A stretch of 64,000 nucleotides of DNA, taken from a virus. Lineage: Duplodnaviria; Heunggongvirae; Uroviricota; Caudoviricetes. The notes beneath the pieces were generated by a model. That model was not told where the DNA came from and searched no databases. It worked only from the letters and a program-made list of their open reading frames with translations. The translations under genes and the position numbers were made by a program. Positions 18,719-27,727 of the stretch are shown here, in pieces; position 1 is the first letter of the stretch, and every line of letters begins with the position of its first letter. Location: positions 1-64,000 of the IMG/VR virus record IMGVR_UViG_3300023174_000099, one strand, 5' to 3'.

Positions 18719-19054
18719 TTATACAGAATAGAAAATATGACTACCGTATCTCAGTGTCACTTTAAGCTCTCTAATCCAATATGGCTTAACACTTCTGTTG
18801 TGGAAGTACACAGCCCCCTTAGTAATATCTCTACCAGGGTTCTTTACTAGTGTTTTGGCTAACTGCCAAATTGGGTCGCCGGGTTTGTATAGCCCTTTGG
18901 CAAACTGACCTCGCTGCTTTACAACGTGGCACGCTGGCTTATGCTGCTTCTTGGATCTATTGAGAATAACGTGAAGAACTCCACGCATACCCTTCTCACT
19001 CTCACCTCTAGCCTCAGCATACAATACACTAGTTACAGTATTTACACATTCCAT
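18719..19054 (-). CDS. Cell wall hydrolase, SleB-like (candidate endolysin)
   Basis: VLYAEARGESEKGMRGVLHVILNR ... GAVYFHNRSVKPYW motifs. Confidence 0.6.
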   Translation of the reverse strand: MECVNTVTSVLYAEARGESEKGMRGVLHVILNRSKKQHKPACHVVKQRGQFAKGLYKPGDPIWQLAKTLVKNPGRDITKGAVYFHNRSVKPYWIRELKVTLRYGSHIFYSV

Positions 19055-19062
19055 AATATAGA

Positions 19063-19257
19063 TTAAGACTCTTCTTGAGCCCTCCCTCTACGTCTCTCCC
19101 TGACAACAGCAGCGCGCTTTAGCCTACGCCTTTTATCGCTTGGCTTTTCATAAAAGCGCCGCTCCTGAATTTCTCTAAACACGCCTTCTTCAATAAGCTT
19201 CCGCTTTAATAGCTGCAAAGCCCTGTTTAGGTTGCCGTTTCTAACTTCTACTCTCAT
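19063..19257 (-). CDS. rpsU: Ribosomal protein bS21 homologue
   Basis: MRVEVRNGNLNRALQLLKRKLIEEGVFREIQERRFYEKPSDKRRRLKR matches the bS21 FYEKP core and basic tail. Confidence 0.7.
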   Translation of the reverse strand: MRVEVRNGNLNRALQLLKRKLIEEGVFREIQERRFYEKPSDKRRRLKRAAVVRERRRGRAQEES

Positions 19258-19664
19258 AGTCCTGTCGATCCAAATCCGTTGTCTTCTCTAGTATTATCTA
19301 GTAATAGTTCCTGCTCAATGTGAACGGGCGCTAATACTAGCTGCGCGATTCTGTCTCCGGTCTTAACATAGAAAGCTTCCTTGCCCGCATTAAAGAGAAT
19401 GATTTTAATCTCACCTCGATAATCCGAGTCAATTGTGCCAGGGCTATTAAGAACAAAAACACTGTTTTTTGCTGCTAGGCCTGAGCGAGAACGAACTTGC
19501 CCCTCGAAGCCCTCTGGTAAATTAATGCGAAGACCGGTTCCGATCAATGCACTATCACCGGGCAAAATAACAGTTGCTTCAATACTATGAAGATCTAAAC
19601 CTACAGAGCCTTTAGTTTGATAGCGAGGAATGATTGCATCCTCACGAAGTCGCTCAATTATCAT
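19254..19664 (-). CDS. dut: dUTP diphosphatase
   Basis: dUTPase motifs SVGLDL, RSG, GTIDSDYRGEI. Confidence 0.8.
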   Translation of the reverse strand: MIIERLREDAIIPRYQTKGSVGLDLHSIEATVILPGDSALIGTGLRINLPEGFEGQVRSRSGLAAKNSVFVLNSPGTIDSDYRGEIKIILFNAGKEAFYVKTGDRIAQLVLAPVHIEQELLLDNTREDNGFGSTGL

Positions 19665-19887
19665 TACTTAGTAACATCCCTTGCATACAGGCCATAATGC
19701 CTGCTGCGTTTAGCTTGAAAAGCATGCAATCAACATCAATTTCATTTTCCACAGCCCAAGGAATCAGAGCTGCTTCAATAAAGTCCTCGACCGGATCGAA
19801 GTCCGACTCTTCGGGAGCCTTGCCTGGAAATTGAATTACATTATCCACGTGCTTTTCCTTGTGTACAAACCCTGATGTACAGGGCAC
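19654..19887 (-). CDS. Hypothetical protein (77 aa)
   Basis: ORF in operon with dut. Confidence 0.4.
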   Translation of the reverse strand: MPCTSGFVHKEKHVDNVIQFPGKAPEESDFDPVEDFIEAALIPWAVENEIDVDCMLFKLNAAGIMACMQGMLLSNDN

Positions 19888-20065
19888 TTTTGTTGTCTTT
19901 GTCTGGATTACGAATGGTTTCGCAGACTCGCTTACCAGCTGCTCTAGCCTCCGCCTTAAAGATAAGGCGGTCTATCAGAGACCAAGTATCAAACTTATGC
20001 TTCTTGGCTACATTACTATGCAAGCCCTTAGAAGTTTTCTTTGATCTAGTACGCTTTTTACCCAA
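19841..20065 (-). CDS. Small basic hypothetical protein
   Basis: RBS aaaggaa; minus promoter upstream. Confidence 0.45.
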   Translation of the reverse strand: MGKKRTRSKKTSKGLHSNVAKKHKFDTWSLIDRLIFKAEARAAGKRVCETIRNPDKDNKSALYIRVCTQGKARG

Positions 20066-20108
20066 TTTTAGTTCCTTTCTAACTTAGGCATCTTCGTGCC
20101 TAGTTAGT

Positions 20109-20137
20109 ATAGTAACCTATTTACGATCGAAAGTCAA
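20109..20137 (-). promoter_or_regulatory. Minus-strand sigma70 promoter: TTGACT-17-TACTAT
   Basis: Reverse complement of 20109-20137; divergent from the plus promoter at 20170. Confidence 0.5.
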
Positions 20138-20169
20138 GTATTATTTTTGGTCAAGCTATAAAAAAATAC

Positions 20170-20198
20170 TTGACTTTTTAGTTAAATTTAGCTATAAT
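20170..20198 (+). promoter_or_regulatory. sigma70 promoter: TTGACT-17-TATAAT; leaderless-type start
   Basis: aaaaaatacTTGACTttttagttaaatttagcTATAATaaaatATG. Confidence 0.6.
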
Positions 20199-20203
20199 AA
20201 AAT

Positions 20204-20980
20204 ATGGCTGAAAAATGGACAATAGAAGAAGACAACATTATAATAGACTTAAGAAGTCAGGGAATACCTTATAAAGTAATTCATAAGGATCATTTATTTA
20301 ATAGAAGTTTAAGAAGTGTACAAGTAAGGGGCTCCCTATTAATAAATAGGGGTAAAATAAATACTAATAAAAAGTTTAAACAAATATCTTGGACTGACAA
20401 AGAATGTGAAGAGTTAATTAAGTATAAAGTACTAGGATTTTCAACTGCAGAAATATCTAGTAAATTAAAAAAGACGGAGAGTTCTATTGCGAATAAAATA
20501 AGTATACTATCTTCTGGTATATCCAGTAAAAAAGCTTTTATTGAAGAAATAAGGGGTATAGTTAATCAATATAGGACAGAGGAAGAGTACCTATTAAGAT
20601 TTTATCATAGTAGAGATATACCTGAATTAGAAGCATTATTAGATATATTTTCTGATTATGAAGAAGCTAGAGTGATTTTATTAAATGATTCCAGCGTTTC
20701 ATATCTTTACTATGTAAAAATACAATCACTGGATAACAGATACTTCTATAAAATAGGCATAACATCAAAAGATGCTACAAGCAGATTTAAATATGAAAAA
20801 ATAAACTACTTAAAAGTTATAAAAACATGGGAATTTTCTACGTTAAAAGAAGCGAGAGAAAGAGAAAAAGAAATTTTAAGAAAATATAAAGATAAAAGGT
20901 TAACTTCAGATAACGTAATTCTATCAAAGGGTGGAAATACAGAGTTATTCAATGAAGATATCTTGGGTTTGGATGCTTAA
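20204..20980 (+). CDS. T5orf172/MUG113 domain protein with N-terminal Myb/SANT-like repeats (paralog 2)
   Basis: MAEKWTIEEDNII.., SWTDKECEELI..; C-terminal YFYKIGIT...GGNTELF. Confidence 0.7.
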   Translation: MAEKWTIEEDNIIIDLRSQGIPYKVIHKDHLFNRSLRSVQVRGSLLINRGKINTNKKFKQISWTDKECEELIKYKVLGFSTAEISSKLKKTESSIANKISILSSGISSKKAFIEEIRGIVNQYRTEEEYLLRFYHSRDIPELEALLDIFSDYEEARVILLNDSSVSYLYYVKIQSLDNRYFYKIGITSKDATSRFKYEKINYLKVIKTWEFSTLKEAREREKEILRKYKDKRLTSDNVILSKGGNTELFNEDILGLDA

Positions 20981-21040
20981 TTTTTTACTTGACTCTGAAG
21001 CTTAAACCTCGTAATATGAGACATAGATAGGAGACGCATA

Positions 21041-21247
21041 ATGAAGACGCCTGAACAAATTGCAGAAAAGCTAATTCCTATGGAACGTGAATGGCTAACA
21101 GGGTGGGCAGGCCCTCCTGGTGCAGCATATAACGTAATTGGATCTTATATGGCTAGGATTGGTCTCACCAGATCTTACACAGATTGGAATTTAAATGAGC
21201 GAGGCTTAGCTGTCCGCGATTATATATTGGAGCAAACTAATGATTGA
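21041..21247 (+). CDS. Hypothetical protein
   Basis: ORF track; RBS taggagacgc; promoter at 20985. Confidence 0.45.
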   Translation: MKTPEQIAEKLIPMEREWLTGWAGPPGAAYNVIGSYMARIGLTRSYTDWNLNERGLAVRDYILEQTND

Positions 21248-21452
21248 AGGAATGACTATCCACAAAGACTTTATCAGTGGAAATTTATTTGTTTTTATAG
21301 TAGACTACAAGCTGGGCCAAAAACAGTACTCCGTACAAATCTGGGCCGAGTCTATGGAAGATGCCGAGAGGCACGTGAAAGCTATCCGCGATACTGCGAT
21401 AGTAGCTGGTCAACTATATCAGTCTGAACCCGTTCTTGGCGGGATTCACTAA
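21240..21452 (+). CDS. Hypothetical protein
   Basis: ORF track; overlapping start. Confidence 0.4.
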   Translation: MIEGMTIHKDFISGNLFVFIVDYKLGQKQYSVQIWAESMEDAERHVKAIRDTAIVAGQLYQSEPVLGGIH

Positions 21453-21462
21453 AATATATCTT

Positions 21463-21491
21463 GACTTTTCGAGCATAATTTGTTATAACAA
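21463..21491 (+). promoter_or_regulatory. sigma70 promoter: TTGACT-17-TATAAC
   Basis: aaatatatcTTGACTtttcgagcataatttgtTATAAC. Confidence 0.45.
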
Positions 21492-21532
21492 ATGCATAGT
21501 CGCTGACGATTTGTAATAAAAATGGACAGCAC

Positions 21533-21560
21533 GCGAGTTCGACTCTCGCCGTCTCCACCA
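21533..21560 (+). other. tRNA 3'-half-like element (T-arm gcgagTTCGACTctcgc + 7-nt acceptor strand + A + CCA) with no recognisable 5' half
   Basis: Matches canonical T-arm, acceptor and CCA geometry. No complementary 5' acceptor strand found within 90 nt upstream. Confidence 0.35.
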
Positions 21561-21875
21561 TTTACGGGGACGACTTGGAAATCGACTGACATTACATAGA
21601 CCTTTCCGAGACTATTGACTGGCAAAGTGCCATAATTAACTGCAAACGATAACGTTGCATTCGCGCTAGCTGCATAAGCTAGACGACAGGCGGTGGGAGC
21701 CTTGGAACAGAATCCCACACTCAAAGGAGAGATATGCGTAACATTTGGACAATACCTTTTAATAATAATTATTATATTTGCTGGAAAGACAAACAAGGTA
21801 AGACCCAGCATCGTCCAATGACTGATGCAGAAGATCGTGCCTACTTTACCTCCAAAGACCCTGAAAGAACCCTAA

Positions 21876-22163
21876 ATGAACTACTTGATAACCGATGAAG
21901 TCCCAGAATACTGGGAATCTCTTTTAGACTCTTTCATTACAATGGTACAGTGGGAAGAGGAGTTCAACAACGGACCTCCTGTAGACGCTGTGGAAGCAAG
22001 AGTCCACAAGGGCCTTCTTCATCTTATCTATGAGGGTGGGGATCATACCACAGACTCTATGGCAAGATTTGCTAGACAACACTCTAGCAAGATTTGCTTT
22101 AGTTGTGGTGCTCCTGCAAGTAGATTTGTATTTCAATATCCAAAATGTGAAGCATGTGACTAG
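21876..22163 (+). CDS. Hypothetical protein with C-terminal CxxC...CxxC zinc ribbon
   Basis: CFSCG...KCEAC. Confidence 0.45.
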   Translation: MNYLITDEVPEYWESLLDSFITMVQWEEEFNNGPPVDAVEARVHKGLLHLIYEGGDHTTDSMARFARQHSSKICFSCGAPASRFVFQYPKCEACD

Positions 22164-22186
22164 GGGCTTAACGGCCCCTATTTGCA

Positions 22187-22594
22187 TTGGAGAAACGAAT
22201 GGAATTCATCCTAAGTATAATAGGGTTCGGAAAAGCTGCCGTTAAGTGGGCCTTTGACAACTGGCGAATAACAATTCCGATTCTAGCTATTGTAATAACT
22301 TTTCTTTGGACAAAGGAACATTATTACATCCAGGGTCGGGAAGACTGTCGCGTAGAGTGGGAAGCTAAAGTAACTGCTGAGACCCTAAAGAACGAGAAAC
22401 TTAGTAAAAAACTAATTGATAACTCGATCAAGTTTGGTGAGCATACAGACAAAGACAATAACGAGCGCAAAGAGAAGGAGACTTCTATTCAGACTCGTAT
22501 TGAAACAATCGTCGAAAAGCCCATCTATCAGGAGTGCAAGGTCGATGCCGAAGTCGTAACAGACCAGAATAAACTGAAGGAGGCACTAAAGTGA
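22187..22594 (+). CDS. Putative i-spanin (N-terminal TM + coiled coil)
   Basis: TM segment ITIPILAIVITFLW then a charged coiled-coil region; the o-spanin gene overlaps at its 3' end. Confidence 0.45.
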   Translation: MEKRMEFILSIIGFGKAAVKWAFDNWRITIPILAIVITFLWTKEHYYIQGREDCRVEWEAKVTAETLKNEKLSKKLIDNSIKFGEHTDKDNNERKEKETSIQTRIETIVEKPIYQECKVDAEVVTDQNKLKEALK

Positions 22595-22869
22595 GAATTC
22601 TATTAGTAGCACTTCTATTAGTCGGATGCGCAGAATCACAGACTGGTCTAGGTACGTACCATAAAGTGCCTCCAGTACCTGAGCAACTTAACGACAAGGT
22701 GGGCCCCTTGCCACCTAATTCTGATCTAACAATGGCTGGACAGATTAGAGACAATAACCGAAGCATCCGAGCCTACAACGAAACGGGCTTTAAATATAAT
22801 CGTCTTCTAGAATACTATAACTGTGTTCGAGAAGCTATCAATGAGAGAAAAGAACCTAAATGTCAGTAG
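22591..22869 (+). CDS. Putative o-spanin lipoprotein
   Basis: MRILLVALLLVGC lipobox; start overlaps the upstream stop (ATGA). Confidence 0.5.
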   Translation: MRILLVALLLVGCAESQTGLGTYHKVPPVPEQLNDKVGPLPPNSDLTMAGQIRDNNRSIRAYNETGFKYNRLLEYYNCVREAINERKEPKCQ

Positions 22870-23135
22870 AAGACACACTAGAAGAACGAGGCTTACGGTA
22901 CGGAGCTTTTGAAGAGCACGCTACTATAGCTCAGGCTATTCAGGATGCTTACCGAATTAGACCTGAGCGTTGGGAGAAACTTCCCCCCGTATTAAAACAA
23001 GGTCTTACCACTATCGCAGATAAGATTGCTCGTATGTTAAATGGCGATCATATGTACGAAGATAATATACATGACATTGTTGGCTACGGAAAGCTTATGG
23101 AAAATTGGGTTCGTAAAGAAAATAATACCAAGTAA
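22860..23135 (+). CDS. Hypothetical protein
   Basis: ORF track. Confidence 0.4.
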   Translation: MSVEDTLEERGLRYGAFEEHATIAQAIQDAYRIRPERWEKLPPVLKQGLTTIADKIARMLNGDHMYEDNIHDIVGYGKLMENWVRKENNTK

Positions 23136-23200
23136 AATTTAATTTACCAACTAATAAAAAGTTCTTGACATATGTAGGTATTTATGCTAAAGTATATATT

Positions 23201-23884
23201 ATGAATAAATATATATTTACAAAAATGCTTGTAGAAGCATACAATAGAAACCCAACAGATATAGTAAAAAGGAAAAGAGGACATGTTCCTGAGATAACAT
23301 TTGACGACTTATGCTATAAAATTTTTGAACTAGAAAATATTACTTTAGTATCCAAAAGTTTTGGTATAACGCATAAAACGTTAAAGTCAGCTTTAGTGGA
23401 TGCATTTCCAGATATTGCTGAAGTAAAAGATAAAAGTACAGTTTGGAGAGTAGAATTACTTTTAAAACTAGGGTATAGAAGATGTGTAACCTGTAAAGAA
23501 GATAAAGCTTTGGAAGAATTCTATAATAGTAAGTCTGTAAAAGCTGGAAAGAGTTATGACTGTAAAGACTGTTCTAAGGAGGCTAACAAGCAACAAAGGA
23601 TTCATAGACCAGAAATAATTAGAGCCTCTAATGCTAAAAGGAAAGCAATAATAAAAGGTGCTTCTTTGAATGGAGCTAACTTAGACTTAATAAAAAAGAT
23701 TTATAAAGAATGTCCTGAAGGGTACCAGGTAGACCACATTTACCCATTGTCTAAGGGAGGAGACCATCATGAATCAAATCTATGTTACCTTCCTGCTCAG
23801 TTAAATCTACAAAAACAAGCTAAGTCACCAGAGGAAGTTCCTGAAATTATGAAATATGCAATTTATCCGGATCTAAGCCAATGA
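23201..23884 (+). CDS. HNH homing endonuclease with zinc-finger region
   Basis: ORF 23165..23884; start probably ATG 23201 after the promoter at 23161. YQVDHIYPLSKGGDHHESNLCYLP is an HNH motif; Cys cluster CVTC...CKDC. Confidence 0.75.
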   Translation: MNKYIFTKMLVEAYNRNPTDIVKRKRGHVPEITFDDLCYKIFELENITLVSKSFGITHKTLKSALVDAFPDIAEVKDKSTVWRVELLLKLGYRRCVTCKEDKALEEFYNSKSVKAGKSYDCKDCSKEANKQQRIHRPEIIRASNAKRKAIIKGASLNGANLDLIKKIYKECPEGYQVDHIYPLSKGGDHHESNLCYLPAQLNLQKQAKSPEEVPEIMKYAIYPDLSQ

Positions 23885-24480
23885 ATTTATTTTTTTTAGA
23901 TAGAGATCTTGATCGTTGTGCTGAATATCATATAGATAAACACGTAACCAAAATGGTCCTCGAAGCAGCCCAGCTACTTACAACTACAGTTTGGATTGAT
24001 AAACTATTTGGTTATGTACCAGAAAAACTATCTTCTGAACAATTAAAGGAACTTAACCATGCTAAGTCTAAAGAACCTTCTATTGAGGAGCGTACTTTTA
24101 CTAGATACCTTCCAACTCACGTTTCACATCCCAGTGCTGTGTGGGTTCGCTCAAGTATTGAACACTATTACTGGACAGTTAACTATGCTAATGCTTTAAC
24201 AGAAGAAGCAGTTTATCGCGGATTTAAACGACATGCTTCTTGTACTGAAGTTAATAGACTTCCAGACTTAAAGCACCTACCCGACGTTGGTTGGACAGAC
24301 CCTACACTAGCAATGCCTGAACATCTAAAAGGCCCCGATCACATCCAAGCATATCGTATGTTTTACATGCTTGACAAATGGCCCTTTGCTAGCTGGAAGG
24401 TACGAGGTAAACCGCATTGGTGGGATGATGAACTTGTAGAAGCCCAGAAAGAAAAAGGTGGGAGAGTGAGTGGACGATAA
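23881..24480 (+). CDS. Hypothetical protein (199 aa)
   Basis: ORF track; overlaps the upstream stop. Confidence 0.5.
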   Translation: MNLFFLDRDLDRCAEYHIDKHVTKMVLEAAQLLTTTVWIDKLFGYVPEKLSSEQLKELNHAKSKEPSIEERTFTRYLPTHVSHPSAVWVRSSIEHYYWTVNYANALTEEAVYRGFKRHASCTEVNRLPDLKHLPDVGWTDPTLAMPEHLKGPDHIQAYRMFYMLDKWPFASWKVRGKPHWWDDELVEAQKEKGGRVSGR

Positions 24481-24603
24481 TGGATTTCTTAGGTGATTTT
24501 CTAACTATTTGTTTTGTGTTATTATTAATAGCCTTGCTAATTGTAGCACTACCAGCTTGGATTTGGTTCCTTGTAGCACTATTCTTAATAAGTATGTTCA
24601 TAT

Positions 24604-24816
24604 TTGGAGATAAAAATGAAAAATGAAATCATAGAGGCACTAGAGGCGCATTTTGAAGGCAATATTAAAAAGCATAGAATGAATATTCTGATTATGCTGG
24701 CTAATCCAATGGCTATTCACGATCATACTGATCTTCTAGGAGCTATAGAAACAGAACTAGGTCACATTGCCGAGTATCACGATAAGTTAGAAGCACTAAA
24801 CGAGGTTCTTTCGTGA
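24604..24816 (+). CDS. Hypothetical protein
   Basis: ORF track. Confidence 0.4.
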   Translation: MEIKMKNEIIEALEAHFEGNIKKHRMNILIMLANPMAIHDHTDLLGAIETELGHIAEYHDKLEALNEVLS

Positions 24817-25484
24817 GTCAAGTAAACTTAGTATGCTTATCTAAGCCCAGTGCTTACACCGAGTGCCTTAGTGCCGAGGAACTAGTCGCTTGGTGCGCTA
24901 GAGTATCCAATCCGGATAACCAGAACAACACAAAGACTGCTGCAAAGCTAGTCAAGTATCTTATTTCTAATCAGCATTGGTCTCCTCTAGAAATGGTTCA
25001 CATGAGCCTAGAGATCAAGACTACACGCGATATTGCGAGACAGATTCTTCGGCATCGTAGTTTTGCGTTTCAGGAATACAGTCAGCGGTACGCTGATCCA
25101 ACAAAGACACTAGGATTTGAGGCTAGGGAAGCCCGCCTCCAGGACCCAAAGAATCGTCAAAATTCTGTAGAACTATCAAAAACTGATAGTCGTATTCAAG
25201 AAGATTGGAATATGATTCAATGGGAAGTTATCTCAAGGTCTCAAAAAGCATATAACTGGGCTATAGAGAACGGTATTGCTAAAGAGCAAGCAAGAGCGGT
25301 ATTACCAGAAGGCAATACTGAATCAACTGTAATCATGGCGGGAACTCTACGTTCTTGGGTACATTTCTGTCTACTAAGGATGGATAATGGCACTCAGAAA
25401 GAGCACCGCATAGTGGCTGAACAATGCTGGGAAATAGTAAAACAACATTTCCCTTCGGTAGTAGAAGCCTGCACGGAGAAATAA
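24813..25484 (+). CDS. thyX: Flavin-dependent thymidylate synthase
   Basis: ThyX motif RHRSFAFQEYSQRY (RHRxxxxxxS). Confidence 0.8.
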   Translation: MSQVNLVCLSKPSAYTECLSAEELVAWCARVSNPDNQNNTKTAAKLVKYLISNQHWSPLEMVHMSLEIKTTRDIARQILRHRSFAFQEYSQRYADPTKTLGFEAREARLQDPKNRQNSVELSKTDSRIQEDWNMIQWEVISRSQKAYNWAIENGIAKEQARAVLPEGNTESTVIMAGTLRSWVHFCLLRMDNGTQKEHRIVAEQCWEIVKQHFPSVVEACTEK

Positions 25485-25677
25485 AAGTGGAACTAGAATA
25501 TAATGAAGAACTGGACGAACATTTTGTCACCATTCCAGAAAGTATGTTACGCAATCTAGACTGGAATGAAGGTGACATGTTAGACTATGAAGTGTCTGAT
25601 GGTATTCTAACAATCTTCAAAATTTAAGTTGACATTATCGGTTAAACAAGCTATATTTCTGCTTTAAGGAGGGCTTA

Positions 25678-26385
25678 ATGACTAAATCTAAGATTAAAGT
25701 CAAAGAACACGAAAATCTAAGTGAAGCTAACATCAAGCGAGTTATTGAACTCCTTGAAGCAGAAAAGCCTATTCCAAAGAAGGATGCCTACGCAATCCTT
25801 AATATTTCTCCTAATCCTACTCGATTGGCTAAGATAATCGAGAACTATAAGGAGGAAAAGGCAGAGCTAGAGCGTCGTCGCGCTCAAAATCGTGGCAAAC
25901 CCGCAGAAGCTCATGAGATTCAAACGTGTATTGAAGGCTATCTAGATGGAGATTCCATTTCAGAAATTGCACAGCGTTTGTATCGTAGTGTGGGTTTTGT
26001 AAAGGAAATCGTCGAACAAGTCGGCGTACCTTCACGAGTTGTTGGTGCTAATTACAGTAACCCAGGTATTATTCCAGAACCATGCATCCGAGAATCCTTC
26101 GAAGTCGGAGAGATAGTTTGGCACGCTAAGGAACACGCCATGGCTATTATCGTCAAAGAGCTAGATCAAGTAAAAGATAAGTCGGCAAAGTACTACAGAA
26201 CTTTTGTTATTGAGGCTCTGGAGGATGACAGTCGCTTTTTCTTAAAACAGCAAAACTACGCTGGACGTTACGTAGGGGCCTATTCGTATGATTTAGGTTC
26301 ACTAGAACATCTAAAACAATATGGAGTGGACGTTTATCGTCCGTATAGGCATGACTTCGCAAGTTTTAGCCTAAAGGAAAATTAA
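25678..26385 (+). CDS. Hypothetical protein (235 aa)
   Basis: RBS aaggagggc. Confidence 0.5.
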   Translation: MTKSKIKVKEHENLSEANIKRVIELLEAEKPIPKKDAYAILNISPNPTRLAKIIENYKEEKAELERRRAQNRGKPAEAHEIQTCIEGYLDGDSISEIAQRLYRSVGFVKEIVEQVGVPSRVVGANYSNPGIIPEPCIRESFEVGEIVWHAKEHAMAIIVKELDQVKDKSAKYYRTFVIEALEDDSRFFLKQQNYAGRYVGAYSYDLGSLEHLKQYGVDVYRPYRHDFASFSLKEN

Positions 26386-26750
26386 TGCTAGTACATCATC
26401 TTCTTGTAGTAAACGCAAGAGTCAATAAACCACCTGTAGATCCTGTATTCATCAATGCTTGGAAAAAGCAATTGATTGAGAATATTGGAATGAAGCTTCT
26501 TATGGGGCCATTCAGTACCTATCATGATATGCCAGGTAACAGGGGTTTAACCTCTGTGAGTGTTATCGAGACCTCACACATCGCTCTTCATGTATGGGAT
26601 GAGGAATCTCCAGGTAATCTAAGACTAGACGTGTACTCTTGTGCCGAGTTTGATATTGATACTATCATATCAGCTCTGAAACCTTTTGATCCTACCTATG
26701 TAGATTACAAGTTTCTAGACCGCACAGGCGATGATATAGTAGCCTCGTAA
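26385..26750 (+). CDS. speD: S-adenosylmethionine decarboxylase proenzyme (SpeD, class 1B-like)
   Basis: ETSHIALHVWDEESPGNLRLDVYSC matches the SpeD ESH(L/I)xIHTWPE processing site and downstream cysteine. Confidence 0.6.
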   Translation: MLVHHLLVVNARVNKPPVDPVFINAWKKQLIENIGMKLLMGPFSTYHDMPGNRGLTSVSVIETSHIALHVWDEESPGNLRLDVYSCAEFDIDTIISALKPFDPTYVDYKFLDRTGDDIVAS

Positions 26751-26767
26751 AACTTTTTGGAGTATAA

Positions 26768-26983
26768 ATGCTAAACAATATTTTCTTAACCTTTGGTGTA
26801 GCCGGTGTAGTTTTGTTGGTATTAGCTATATTTGCTATAGGCCCTTTCCTTAGTATTCTAGCTGTTAATCAACTGTTTGGAACAACTATTACTTTCACTT
26901 TTTGGAATTGGTTAGCAACATTCTGGTTACACCTAGTTGTTGCAAGTGCAACAAAAAGTAACATTGCCTCAAAAAGTTCTTGA
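26768..26983 (+). CDS. Small membrane protein (2 TM)
   Basis: Hydrophobic LTFGVAGVVLLVLAIFAIGPF. Confidence 0.4.
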   Translation: MLNNIFLTFGVAGVVLLVLAIFAIGPFLSILAVNQLFGTTITFTFWNWLATFWLHLVVASATKSNIASKSS

Positions 26984-27009
26984 CTTTTAAGATAATCTGG
27001 GATATACTT
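26981..27009 (+). promoter_or_regulatory. sigma70 promoter: aaaagttcTTGACT-17-TATACT, positioned to start transcription 4 nt before tRNA-Leu
   Basis: TTGACT 26981-86, TATACT 27004-09. Confidence 0.55.
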
Positions 27010-27019
27010 TGTAAGTAAT

Positions 27020-27106
27020 GAGGGCGTGGCGAAACTGGTTATACGCGCGAGACTTAAAATCTCGTGGATTGATTCCGTGTGGGTTCGAGTCCCACCGCCC
27101 TCACCA
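27020..27106 (+). tRNA. tRNA-Leu (anticodon TAA), type II with long variable arm
   Basis: Acceptor gagggcg/cgccctc, anticodon loop cuUAAaa, T-arm gtgggTTCGAGTcccac, CCA. Confidence 0.75.
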
Positions 27107-27296
27107 GATCTAGGAGAACACAATGCGAGTAATTATTCAATCAGTTTATCGTCTTCGCGATAAATTCATTACAGCTTATTATGCGTATCCTCAGTTCTCT
27201 CTAGAGATTGAGGACAAGATGGCCAGTGAACTTACATTTCTGCAAAGGCTGAAAGTGCCTTTTACACTGGAAATGAAGGTCGAGCAAAAATAATCC

Positions 27297-27325
27297 TTGA
27301 CTTTGTTGCCCAATTTGTCTATATT
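27297..27325 (+). promoter_or_regulatory. sigma70 promoter: aataatccTTGACT-17-TATATT
   Basis: Sequence. Confidence 0.5.
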
Positions 27326-27344
27326 ACATTGAAAGGAAACGGGA

Positions 27345-27620
27345 ATGACTATTGATGAGATTCGCGATCAACTTCGGCAGGGAACCCTAGAGGTTCACTT
27401 CAAGAAGAAGGACGGCTCAGTTCGTCGTATGATCTGCACTACACACACTGATGTGCTTGGTGATTCCTCAGAAAGCACTCGTAGCGCTCCCGTTTTTCAG
27501 AATGAGATTGTAACCGTATGGGACATGGAAGCCGATGCTTGGCGTTCCTTCCGGTTTGATAGTATTATTAATTTTGGACCTGTATCGCCCCCGCCTTCTA
27601 AGCGGTCGTTAAAAGCGTAA
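27345..27620 (+). CDS. Hypothetical protein; 3' end runs into a degenerate tRNA-like element
   Basis: RBS aaaggaaacgggaATG. Confidence 0.45.
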   Translation: MTIDEIRDQLRQGTLEVHFKKKDGSVRRMICTTHTDVLGDSSESTRSAPVFQNEIVTVWDMEADAWRSFRFDSIINFGPVSPPPSKRSLKA

Positions 27621-27657
27621 TTGGAGTATGCAGGTTCGAGTCCTGCTAGGTTCACCA
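27577..27657 (+). other. Degenerate tRNA-like element (good T-arm gcaggTTCGAGTcctgc, acceptor, ACCA; no foldable anticodon arm)
   Basis: ggacctg/taggttc acceptor pairing with wobbles; the internal region does not fold into D or anticodon arms. Confidence 0.3.
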
Positions 27658-27727
27658 GTTTGCCGAAAAGGGTAGCTCCCCTGTTAGTGCCTATACACTA
27701 ACTAGGCAAAGTCTTATAGGAGACAAA

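Noticed and set aside
21449-21811. Minus-strand ORF 21449..21811 (120 aa)
   Set aside because: Lies antisense in a plus-strand promoter-driven region that contains a tRNA-like 3' element (GGDGESRTRV is the reverse-complement translation of a T-arm). No RBS.
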